Source of the DNA: an uncultured Rhodospirillaceae bacterium
GTDB lineage: Bacteria > Pseudomonadota > Alphaproteobacteria > UBA828
Direction of reading: 5' to 3'
Assembly: GCA_963997635.1 (NCBI GenBank)
Contig: CAXEND010000004.1
Coordinates: forward strand, 44,654 to 108,653
DNA length: 64,000 bases
Below the pieces are notes generated by a model, which saw only the letters and a program-made list of their open reading frames with translations, ran no database searches and was not told the origin of the DNA. Position 1 is the stretch's first letter. Every line of letters starts with the position of its first letter. Below, in pieces: positions 48,810 to 58,154 of this stretch. The translations under genes and the position numbers were made by a program.

Positions 48810-51494
48810 TTAATGTTGTTCCAGCAACTCATTAAAAAAACTTCCATCTCTTTTAAGTTGATCATACGTACCCTGTTCAATGATATTTCCGTTTTTCATA
48901 ACTATAATTATGTCAAAGTATTTTGCTAACTCTGGCCGGTGGAGTGACCAGATGACCCCACGTTTTGAAAAAACTTTCATAATATTTTTAAGAATTCTTT
49001 TTTGAGAAGCACCATCTAATGAAGCTGTTGCCTCTGAAAGAATTAGTATATCAGGATTTTTTAAACAAGTACGTGCTATCGCTAATTTTTGACGTTGTGA
49101 TCCAGATAGTTTTGTTCCACCTAAACCTGCGTGATGAGCTAAACCAACTTCTAAAATATTAGTATATAAACCGCAATCGTTAACAACCTCCTCTATTAGC
49201 TTACCAACCTTATCTTTTGCATGTGCCTGACCATAAGCAACCCTTCCAAAAAGTATGTTATCTTGAACTGAAGCAGCTGGATTATATTTATTTGTTTCAA
49301 ACCTGTTAATACGTTTAGCCATGTATTGCGGTAAATCTTGATAAAATAATTCCCTAGCAATTAGAATTTTTGCTTCCATGTCTTTACTGATTAGATTCAA
49401 CCTGTGTTTAGCAGTTACCAATTTGAAAGGAAGGGCCATTAGTAACTTTCTATCATTCTTATCGAGATTACCTAAATTTGTCTTGTTTATTCTGTTCATT
49501 AATCCCTGATATATAGGGAGGTTTTCTGCAGAAATAAAACTAAATCTCTGATAAAGCTCATGCTCGGAAGGTAAGTCAGAAAATAATTCAATCATAGTTG
49601 CTGCTAATTGATAACCACATTCTGTAAAGTCTGATACTAAATCAGCCTTTTTTAAAACCTCTAATATATAAATATTATCGATATAATTATCACCTTCAAA
49701 AACTTCATCACATGAAGTGCCAAATATCAAATTTTCGAAAAGAGAAGCATTAGTATTATATTTTTGTGAGTCGAATAGCTCTACCAGTCCTTGAAATTCC
49801 TTTTTGTGGAGTTTTTTTTCAAGCACCTTGCGTGCTTCTAACATTTTTTCAATTGATTCTTTGTCTTTGTCAAGATTTAAACTTCCACGTAAACCATACA
49901 TATACACTTCACTTGTCATATCAGCTATATCTATAGATTTTAGTATTGGATCTATAACTTCAGTGGAATTATTTATTCCCAATTGATCATAATTAACCCA
50001 TTCTGCATTGATATCTAATGTTGAATTACCTGCTTTTTCTGCCTCTTCAATCCATTCCTGTTGTTGATTTATATTTAAATCGCCAGAGCTTTTATTTCCC
50101 TTTACTGGTCTATATTTGAGACCATAAAGTAGATTTTCTTTTAATGTAGATGAAAATATATACGCATTTTGACTTACAAAACCAATCCGGCGACCTGTAA
50201 CTGCTTGTGGCATGGTATGTAAGTCATATTTACCTGCTAGAATTTTACCCTGAGATGGATCAATGAGCCTTGCCAGCATTAACATCAGCTCTTCTTTTCC
50301 ACTCCCAGAAGTGCCAACAACTGCTACTTTTTTGTTCAAATGTATTTTTGCTGTTAAGCCACTAACGATTGAAACCTCATCATCATCCCTAAGTGTGAGA
50401 TTTGATATTAAAAGGTCACCACTAATATTAGGAAAAGAGTCCGGTTCACTGAGCTGTTTTTTCTCATCCATTAAATTTTTGGGTTCAAATTGGCTTATTA
50501 CCTGTTCATATTTTATTCTAACATCTTCTTTTATCTGATAAAAATTCAAAAGCTCCATCCAAGGAGGTGATAGATCTTTATATGCAGCAAGAACTGCTAC
50601 AAGAGAGCCAAGTGTTAAATCACCTATAATTACTAAATAGCCCCCAATTGTGAAAAAGAAAAATGGTGTAAGCTGAGCTAAAAAAAGATTTAGAAATTTA
50701 ATAAAATATTTTTTATTATATATTTTGTAACGAATTCCATAAATATTACCTAAGCGCCTAGAAAAATCTGCAAGCTCTAATTGGGCTGTACCATTTGAAT
50801 GAACTTCCTGAACTCCTGCTACAGTCTCTTCTATACGTTCTGACAAATTCCTTACTTCATACACCCTTTCCTTAGCATGAAGATTTACCCTTTGCTGAAG
50901 CTTAGGGATTAAATATGCTTGTATTGGATAAAGGGCTATTGCAGCAACACCCATAAGGGGATCTTGAGAAAAGATATAAATAAGGGCGGTTAAAAGCAAT
51001 CCGCCCTGAAAGGCTGGCAAGGCAAATGCATCACCTATGAAGTTACCTATAGGTTCAACCTCTGCGGTAATCATCGAAATTAACTCAGCAGAAGAAACTT
51101 TACGAAAATGGGGAAGAGGAAACCTTAATATACGTGAATAAAGTATAAAGCGTAAACGCCTCAACATTCTCTCACCTATACGGCCCTTATAAAAGTTTAT
51201 ATATATTCTAAAAGAACCGTTAATACAGACTAAAAAGAGAAATATAATACAAAGAGTAAACAATAATGTTATTTGATCTAAGTTTCCAAATTCAATCCCT
51301 AAAATGCTGAGTGGTCTGGGAAAGTCATCAGCTATTATTGTTGGGTCATCAGATTCTAATGCTGTGTTAACAATTAGTTTTGGTATATCGAGAGATATAT
51401 AATAAAAAGGTAGAGAAACAGCTGTAATAAACAAAACAAAAAGCTGTTGTGGTCTAGTATGACGAAGGATGAACTTATAAATGTTTTTGTCCAT
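48810..51494 (-). CDS. ABC exporter (TMD+NBD) with large insertion in the NBD
   Basis: ABC_membrane TMs, GTSGSGKE, Q-loop FVSQ, LSGSQRQKLAIAR, ILILSEATASLD. Confidence 0.88.
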   Translation of the reverse strand: MDKNIYKFILRHTRPQQLFVLFITAVSLPFYYISLDIPKLIVNTALESDDPTIIADDFPRPLSILGIEFGNLDQITLLFTLCIIFLFLVCINGSFRIYINFYKGRIGERMLRRLRFILYSRILRFPLPHFRKVSSAELISMITAEVEPIGNFIGDAFALPAFQGGLLLTALIYIFSQDPLMGVAAIALYPIQAYLIPKLQQRVNLHAKERVYEVRNLSERIEETVAGVQEVHSNGTAQLELADFSRRLGNIYGIRYKIYNKKYFIKFLNLFLAQLTPFFFFTIGGYLVIIGDLTLGSLVAVLAAYKDLSPPWMELLNFYQIKEDVRIKYEQVISQFEPKNLMDEKKQLSEPDSFPNISGDLLISNLTLRDDDEVSIVSGLTAKIHLNKKVAVVGTSGSGKEELMLMLARLIDPSQGKILAGKYDLHTMPQAVTGRRIGFVSQNAYIFSSTLKENLLYGLKYRPVKGNKSSGDLNINQQQEWIEEAEKAGNSTLDINAEWVNYDQLGINNSTEVIDPILKSIDIADMTSEVYMYGLRGSLNLDKDKESIEKMLEARKVLEKKLHKKEFQGLVELFDSQKYNTNASLFENLIFGTSCDEVFEGDNYIDNIYILEVLKKADLVSDFTECGYQLAATMIELFSDLPSEHELYQRFSFISAENLPIYQGLMNRINKTNLGNLDKNDRKLLMALPFKLVTAKHRLNLISKDMEAKILIARELFYQDLPQYMAKRINRFETNKYNPAASVQDNILFGRVAYGQAHAKDKVGKLIEEVVNDCGLYTNILEVGLAHHAGLGGTKLSGSQRQKLAIARTCLKNPDILILSEATASLDGASQKRILKNIMKVFSKRGVIWSLHRPELAKYFDIIIVMKNGNIIEQGTYDQLKRDGSFFNELLEQH

Positions 51495-51663
51495 AATTTG
51501 TCAAAACTCCACTAAAAACAAATAAAATTTATTTTTTTAGGCCATTAAAAATTTAATTTATGGTTAAACGATCAATATAAAATGCAATGTAAATTCTATT
51601 AACTAGAGTAAAATAGAAAAAAGTAATTTATTCCAAAATCAATTATTAAACAAAGATACAATA

Positions 51664-52815
51664 ATGCGTATAGCTTTTTATCCTCTAAAAGAATTCCCTA
51701 ATCATCCAAATACATTAACCGAGCAGGTGATTATGGAATCTCTGATTAAAACGCTGCAATTAGATAACAATATATTTTTAATTCCTAATGAATTTAATGG
51801 TTCTGATAATAAAAGATACGAAAAAGAGGATAAGTCTCCGTCTATAGACGGAGAGCGAGAAGCAAACAATAAAATTAGAAAATTAAAAAGACTTCCAGTA
51901 AATCAAAGACCTCAAATTTGGATTACATACAATCTTAATGTCTTGTCTCCGGATTCGCTAGGTCCTAAAATATCTTCTGCCCTTAATATTCCATATATAA
52001 TAATTGGAGCTAAGTATTCTAAAAAACATTTAAACAGCTCAAATACACAAAATCTCACCGTAATAGCACAACAAATCTCACATGCCGATGTATTACTGTC
52101 ATTTTCATATGAAGAAACGAGCACCCTTATACCTATTAAAAGTTCTAAAACAAAAATTATTGATCTACCGCCATTCGTAGATTTCTCCATTTATGAAAAA
52201 TTACGGGAAAAGCGTGTCGAAATAAGACAAAGAATTTCAAAAAAATATAACCTTTGTATATCAAGACCATGGCTCGTAACTGTTGCAATGTTAAACCCTG
52301 GAAATAATTTAGCCTCATATCGATTATTAGGACGTTCTTTGTGGCTTATTAATAAGCCTAATTTTAACCTTTTAATTGTAGGAGAAGGCCCAGCTCAAAA
52401 ACTTGTTAAAGAATCTTTTAAAGATCTTGAGGTAGGGATAGTTGCATGGATCGGAAAGCAAGGAAAAAGTAATATACTCGAAATATTGACTGCATGTGAT
52501 ATTTATGTTTGGCCCGGATATAATGAATATTGCCCTATACAATTTCTCATGTCTCAAGCAGCAGGGTTACCCGTTATTACTGGTGGATTTCCAGGAGCAA
52601 CAAAAATTATTCAAAACAGTAAGACTGGAAATATTATTATACCTTGGGACGATGCTGATTTTGCAGAATCTATTGTGAGAATATGTGATGATAAATCATC
52701 TAGAGAAAAAATGTCATCATCTGCAATCAAAATGGTAAGAGAAAATCATAGCCTATCTATTGCAAAAAAAATATTAAACCAAGCTATGAGCGATGCTTTT
52801 AAAAACAAAAATTAG
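51664..52815 (+). CDS. GT4-family glycosyltransferase (divergent)
   Basis: IVGEGP, CDIYVWP, AAGLPVI, SKTG. Confidence 0.75.
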   Translation: MRIAFYPLKEFPNHPNTLTEQVIMESLIKTLQLDNNIFLIPNEFNGSDNKRYEKEDKSPSIDGEREANNKIRKLKRLPVNQRPQIWITYNLNVLSPDSLGPKISSALNIPYIIIGAKYSKKHLNSSNTQNLTVIAQQISHADVLLSFSYEETSTLIPIKSSKTKIIDLPPFVDFSIYEKLREKRVEIRQRISKKYNLCISRPWLVTVAMLNPGNNLASYRLLGRSLWLINKPNFNLLIVGEGPAQKLVKESFKDLEVGIVAWIGKQGKSNILEILTACDIYVWPGYNEYCPIQFLMSQAAGLPVITGGFPGATKIIQNSKTGNIIIPWDDADFAESIVRICDDKSSREKMSSSAIKMVRENHSLSIAKKILNQAMSDAFKNKN

Positions 52816-52827
52816 GGTTTTATTTTA

Positions 52828-53607
52828 ATGATAGAATATAGTTGGGATGACCTTATATACGAAATAAATTCTAATATTGATATAGGGCTACCTGTTGAGT
52901 TCTGGTGGAGAAACGATGGTGTTTATTCAAAAAGTAATGATTTACGGCAACTTAGCTCATTAGCATCAAACGAAGGCGTTCCCGTAGCAATTTCTGTCAT
53001 ACCAGAAAAAATGAGAGATGATATAGTTTTCCACATCAAGAATTTTGATAATCATTTTGTGATACAACATGGCTATGCTCATAAAAATCATGCTCATATA
53101 TCTGAACAAAAAAATGAGCTAAGCCTTAATCGTCCAATAAAAGATAGTTTAAAAGACCTAAGTATTGGTTTTAGAAATTTGTCCTCAGAGTTTGAATGTA
53201 AATTTTTACCTATTTTAGTTCCACCTTGGAATCGTCTTTCAACCCAGATTATTCCACACTTGAATAGCCTAGGACTAATGGGGTTAAGTTGTTTAGGTGG
53301 AAGAAATTCTCCTAATCCTGTGTCAAATATTTTCCAAACCAATACTCATATTGATTTAATTGATTGGAAGGGAACAAATCGTTTTATAGGCACAGGTGCA
53401 GCTATTGCTTTTGCATGCAAACATCTTTCTGATAAACGCAACGGTAAAGCAGACCCATTTGAGCCCACTGGTCTACTTACTCACCATATGAGGATGGATT
53501 TTTCTTCGTGGGCGTTTATTGGAACATTTATTAGAAAAACAAAAACAATATCTGATGTCCAATGGCCTTCTATACAAGATATTTTTAAGGATAGATCCAT
53601 TGTCTGA
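52828..53607 (+). CDS. Polysaccharide deacetylase-like protein
   Basis: FWWRNDG, QHGYAHKNH, VPPWNR, NTHID, LLTHH. Confidence 0.75.
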   Translation: MIEYSWDDLIYEINSNIDIGLPVEFWWRNDGVYSKSNDLRQLSSLASNEGVPVAISVIPEKMRDDIVFHIKNFDNHFVIQHGYAHKNHAHISEQKNELSLNRPIKDSLKDLSIGFRNLSSEFECKFLPILVPPWNRLSTQIIPHLNSLGLMGLSCLGGRNSPNPVSNIFQTNTHIDLIDWKGTNRFIGTGAAIAFACKHLSDKRNGKADPFEPTGLLTHHMRMDFSSWAFIGTFIRKTKTISDVQWPSIQDIFKDRSIV

Positions 53608-53653
53608 TAAAAACTTCTATAATTATCAATTTGAACCCTCTAACAAAAAATTG

Positions 53654-54520
53654 TCATAATTTTAAAATTAATCCTTCTTTTGCAACTAATGAATTTTTAC
53701 GAATTCTTTTCAATTTTTTTGAAACATTATCCATAAATTTATCATCATGACTAGGATCATGGTGAAAAGCTACATAGGTTTTAGCACATGCATCATCACA
53801 AAGCCGAACACCTTCTTCCCATGTAGAATGTCCCCAACCCATACGTTCAGCATATTCTTCATTAGTATATGTTGCGTCATATATCACTATGTCTGCATTA
53901 GATACAAACTCAACTAATTTATTGTAGATTGTCTTATTATTATGCTCGTGATCAGTGAGATAGCATATACTTTTTCCATTATACTGAATTCTGTATCCAA
54001 CAGCTTTATCAGGGTGGCTAAGTTCAGTTGTTAGTATGTTTATTTTTTCTGTTAAAGTAATGCTTTTACCAACAATAAATTCTGAAAAATTTAATTCGGC
54101 TTTCATTGTATCTAGATTGACAGGGGTCTTTTTGTTCTCCAGAGACTTCATTAGAACTTTTTCAGGTGGTAATCTCATATCTGAAGCTGCTGCATATATA
54201 TTAATTTTAGTAGTCTTTCTTAGTGCAGGCTCGAAGAATGGCCATCCCCAGATATGGTCATAATGAAAGTGAGTTAAAAATAAATTTAAATTTAAATTAT
54301 TATTTTTCGAAAGGGCTTGACCTAATTGACAAAGACCAGTTCCTGCATCAAAAATTAATGTTGTATCTGCAATTCCAATTTCTAGACAGGAAGTATTTCC
54401 ACCATATTTTATAGTTGAACTCCCAGGACATGGAATACTTCCACGAACACCCCAAAATTTTACAAAAAAATTATCTTTTAGGTCAGTCAAAAAAAACTCC
54501 ATAAAAATTCTTAAAAACAA
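53654..54520 (-). CDS. MBL-fold metallohydrolase (phosphodiesterase-like)
   Basis: WGVRGSIP, GGNTSC, THFHYDH, TDHE, WGHS, FHHDP. Confidence 0.88.
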   Translation of the reverse strand: MFLRIFMEFFLTDLKDNFFVKFWGVRGSIPCPGSSTIKYGGNTSCLEIGIADTTLIFDAGTGLCQLGQALSKNNNLNLNLFLTHFHYDHIWGWPFFEPALRKTTKINIYAAASDMRLPPEKVLMKSLENKKTPVNLDTMKAELNFSEFIVGKSITLTEKINILTTELSHPDKAVGYRIQYNGKSICYLTDHEHNNKTIYNKLVEFVSNADIVIYDATYTNEEYAERMGWGHSTWEEGVRLCDDACAKTYVAFHHDPSHDDKFMDNVSKKLKRIRKNSLVAKEGLILKL

Positions 54521-54743
54521 ATTAAATTATCGTATATTTTATTTCTACTTTTAAAAGAAATCTTTGATTCGTTTTTTATCAAATTGTTGAATATCATTTA
54601 TCAATTTTCAGAAATATATAGTTTAAGCTAATCTTCTCTAGTTAAAATATTCTTTTTTACTGCTATCCATCAAACCCTTCTCCAAATACTGTTATGGTTC
54701 ACATAATTAATGATTAATATTTTCTGAACTGCAAAAGCTTTGA

Positions 54744-55997
54744 TTGAACATGAAAGATAATTCAAAAATTAGTTCAAAAATTTTATCAGATAATTTAAAA
54801 ACTCGTACTGCTTGGTTTGGAGTCTTCTTAGGTCTGTCCGCTGGGGCACTTGCAGCCTTCCATCAATTCAAAATACCCCCTGCAATGCCACTGTTATTGG
54901 AAACATATAATTATGATTTAACATTAGCTGGTGGATTTATGTCAGTATATGCCGTTTTAGGTATTGCTACATCTGCTTTTCTTGGTATTTGGCTCGAGAA
55001 ATTTGGAATAAAAATTTATGCTCTTGGAGCAGGTATACTGCTAATAGTTGGCTCCTTAGTTACTATAAGTTGGCCAAATAATCCTGAAATAGTATTGTTA
55101 TCAAGAGGTATCGAAGGACTTGGATTCGCTATTTTAGCAATCATTGGACCAATAATTGCAATTCAAAACGCAACAGAAAAGCATCGTCCCTTAGCCATTG
55201 CTATCTTCGCAAGCTGGATACCTGTTGGACAATTGAGTGCTCTTGGTGTTGCCCAGCCCGCTATTGCATCAGGACAATGGAGATTTATTTGGTGGATTGG
55301 TATAATATTAACTATATTAGTTGTCTTAGGTTTATGGCTGAAATATAAAAATAACCAAGAAAATAATCCCGTATCATCATCAAAAATAGATAATCACGTA
55401 TTATTGAAATCTCACCGTATTTCTTTACTGCTTGCAGCAGGAATTTTCACACTTTGGGCTGCACAGTATTTAGCTATGTCAACTTGGTTACCCCAATACT
55501 TAGTTACAGAACGTGGGTTTTCACCTACAGATGCTCTAGTGCCTTATGCTATACCAACAGTAATAATAATTTTTTTTAATCTTGTTGGTGGATTTATAAT
55601 ACGTTGGGGGATTCCAATTTTTCCTATCCTCGCATTTGTTTTATCTGTTCAAGCAAGCTTATGGATAATTTTTGATTCTCTTTCTTCAACATTTTCTGGG
55701 ATTTTGGCATTAGTGATTTATGGTGCAGCAGCTGGTATAACCCCAACTTGCCTATTTTCTATGCCCAATACAATTTTAGGAAAACATGGAAACAACGGTC
55801 CAGCATTTGGAATTATCATGACAGGTCGTCATCTTGGTGTCTTAGCTGGCCCAATCTTACTTCCTCAACTAATACTTATAAATGGTGATTGGGGGTCTGC
55901 AGGTTTATTTTTTGGTTTAATAACATTTTTTGCAAGTACTATTACACTAGGACTTGCAATAATATTTTTCAGAACAAAAAATAAACTTCAAGATTAG
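54744..55997 (+). CDS. MFS transporter
   Basis: About 12 TM segments, SRGIEGLG motif. Confidence 0.85.
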   Translation: MNMKDNSKISSKILSDNLKTRTAWFGVFLGLSAGALAAFHQFKIPPAMPLLLETYNYDLTLAGGFMSVYAVLGIATSAFLGIWLEKFGIKIYALGAGILLIVGSLVTISWPNNPEIVLLSRGIEGLGFAILAIIGPIIAIQNATEKHRPLAIAIFASWIPVGQLSALGVAQPAIASGQWRFIWWIGIILTILVVLGLWLKYKNNQENNPVSSSKIDNHVLLKSHRISLLLAAGIFTLWAAQYLAMSTWLPQYLVTERGFSPTDALVPYAIPTVIIIFFNLVGGFIIRWGIPIFPILAFVLSVQASLWIIFDSLSSTFSGILALVIYGAAAGITPTCLFSMPNTILGKHGNNGPAFGIIMTGRHLGVLAGPILLPQLILINGDWGSAGLFFGLITFFASTITLGLAIIFFRTKNKLQD

Positions 55998-56680
55998 CAC
56001 ATCAACTTGTATCCCTCAGTTCCAGTTACAACAATTAAAGCATTAGATGGGTTTTTTTCTAATTTTTTTCTTAATCGGTAAATATGTGTTTCAAGTGTAT
56101 GTGTGGTCACTTTTGAATTATAACCCCAGATCTCTTTTAGCAGAGTTTCTTTAGATACATAGCTACCGTTCGCCCTTGATAAAAGTTTTATTATATCAGT
56201 CTCTTTTTCGGTTAATTTTATAACCTTTTGAAATCCTCTTTCCTTTATTTCTCCTGAGGCAGGAAAAAAATCGTATCTTCCAATTTTAATTACTAAATCT
56301 CTGCTTTGTTCATAATTACTAATTTGATTTTTTATTTCCCTTAATAGCTCACTAAAACGTATTGGTTTTTTGATATATAGATTCACCCTTTCTTCAAAAA
56401 TAACGCTAATCTCATCATTTGTATCCATGAGGCAGATAATTGGTATTTTAGACTTACTCATGAGAATTGATTCTCTAAATTTCTTTTGATTAGCATGTAA
56501 AAGTTTTAAATCTGCAATGAATAAATCAAACGTTTTCATTTTAAGATGTTCAAGCACCTCGTGAAATGTATGTGCCTCAATAGCTGTAAACTCTTTTTCA
56601 ATCTCTAACTGTTCCATGAGCGAATAACGCAATGACTCGTCATTTTCAGTGATTAAAATTTTCTTATTAAGATTCATCAA
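55994..56680 (-). CDS. cenR: OmpR-family response regulator, CenR-like, degenerate receiver
   Basis: LTEKETDIIKLL, WGYNSKVTTHTLETHIYRLRKK, EQL..E.EF; syntenic with xth and yggS. Confidence 0.75.
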   Translation of the reverse strand: MMNLNKKILITENDESLRYSLMEQLEIEKEFTAIEAHTFHEVLEHLKMKTFDLFIADLKLLHANQKKFRESILMSKSKIPIICLMDTNDEISVIFEERVNLYIKKPIRFSELLREIKNQISNYEQSRDLVIKIGRYDFFPASGEIKERGFQKVIKLTEKETDIIKLLSRANGSYVSKETLLKEIWGYNSKVTTHTLETHIYRLRKKLEKNPSNALIVVTGTEGYKLMC

Positions 56681-56801
56681 CTTAAACTTTATAGTTAAGA
56701 TTACATCTGGAATAAAAAGATTCAGTTATTGCCTTATGCTAATCCTTAAATAATAACTAATGGTTATTTGTCATTTGACTTAAATTAATTTTTAATTATT
56801 T

Positions 56802-57497
56802 CTACTTATTACGAGATCCAAAAATAGCTGATCCAACCCTAACCTGAGTAGCACCAAAGCTTATAGCTGTTTGATAATCTCGACTCATTCCCATACTTAA
56901 TTCAGCAAGTTTATTTTTTTTTGCAATTTCAAATAAAAAAGCAAAGTATGGCCCTGGGTCTTTATCTGCTGGAGGAATGCACATCAAACCTATAACAGGG
57001 ATCTTATGTTCATTAATACAAAATTTTACAAATTCATTCGTTTGATTCGGGGAAATTCCAGTTTTTTGAGATTCTTCACCTATGTTTACCTGCACGAAAC
57101 ATTCCAATCGATTACCAGTTCTATCAAATTCTTTTGCTAAAACCTCTGCAAGTTTTCTCCTGTCTAATGAATGAATTGTATTAAATATTGATACGGCATC
57201 ACGAACCTTGTTCGTCTGTAATGGCCCTATTAAATGTAGTTTTATATCTGGGTGTTTTTTACAAATATCTGGCCACTTCGATAAAGTTTCTTGAACACGA
57301 TTTTCTCCAAAGTCCCTGTGTCCACTTTTTATAACATCCAAGATTTTGTTAGATTCAACATTTTTTGAAACTGCTATTAGTTTTATTCTATCTTGATTCC
57401 TATTAGCCTGTATTTTAGCAGATTCAATTGTTTCTAGGATTGGACTTATTAATGATGTACTATCGTAAAAATCAGATTGCACCTTTTCTAAAGACAT
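56802..57497 (-). CDS. yggS: PLP homeostasis protein YggS
   Basis: AVSK, FGENRVQE, IGPLQTNK, LSMGMS, VRVGSAIFG. Confidence 0.96.
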   Translation of the reverse strand: MSLEKVQSDFYDSTSLISPILETIESAKIQANRNQDRIKLIAVSKNVESNKILDVIKSGHRDFGENRVQETLSKWPDICKKHPDIKLHLIGPLQTNKVRDAVSIFNTIHSLDRRKLAEVLAKEFDRTGNRLECFVQVNIGEESQKTGISPNQTNEFVKFCINEHKIPVIGLMCIPPADKDPGPYFAFLFEIAKKNKLAELSMGMSRDYQTAISFGATQVRVGSAIFGSRNK

Positions 57498-57539
57498 GTC
57501 AGCCTCACACTAAAAACCTAAATAGGGTATTTTGATACT

Positions 57540-58154
57540 ATGACGTTAACAGAGGTTTCTACACAGCTCAATTCTATAAACAACAATAAATTACCACCAA
57601 TATTTTTTTTAACTGATATGAATAAATTTAAAAATCCTGAGGTAATATGTCAGCAATTACCAACTGGAAGTGGGGTGATTTTTAGAGATTACGAGATTTC
57701 TGATAGAAAACTTAGAGCAAATACTTTAGCTAAAGTTTGTGCAGAACACGGGCTAATTTTGTTTATTGGTGAAGATAGGGACTTAGCTCTTTCTGTAGGA
57801 GCTGATGGTGTGCATTATAAAGAAAATACAATTACATCAGCTCTTAAGAGCATGAAAGATAAAAAATTAATTGTAACTGCTGCTACTCATACGTTTAATT
57901 CAATACTCATGGCTAAGGAAGCAGGTGCCGATGCCGTTCTACTATCACCTGTATTTAGAACCAAATCTCATCCAGAAGCTACGCCCTTGGGAATCTCAAA
58001 GTTTCGTGATTGGACTAATAGATCTCCATTGCCGGTGTATGCTCTAGGGGGGATAAGTTCAGATAACGCTCATAAATTATTATCAACTAAAGCGATCGGC
58101 ATAGCAGCCATTGAAGGAGTAATTAGAGAGTTTTATCCTTCTGAGAAGTCTTGA
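57540..58154 (+). CDS. Thiamine-phosphate synthase (ThiE/TenI) family protein
   Basis: [21 protein letters not shown]. Confidence 0.8.
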   Translation: MTLTEVSTQLNSINNNKLPPIFFLTDMNKFKNPEVICQQLPTGSGVIFRDYEISDRKLRANTLAKVCAEHGLILFIGEDRDLALSVGADGVHYKENTITSALKSMKDKKLIVTAATHTFNSILMAKEAGADAVLLSPVFRTKSHPEATPLGISKFRDWTNRSPLPVYALGGISSDNAHKLLSTKAIGIAAIEGVIREFYPSEKS

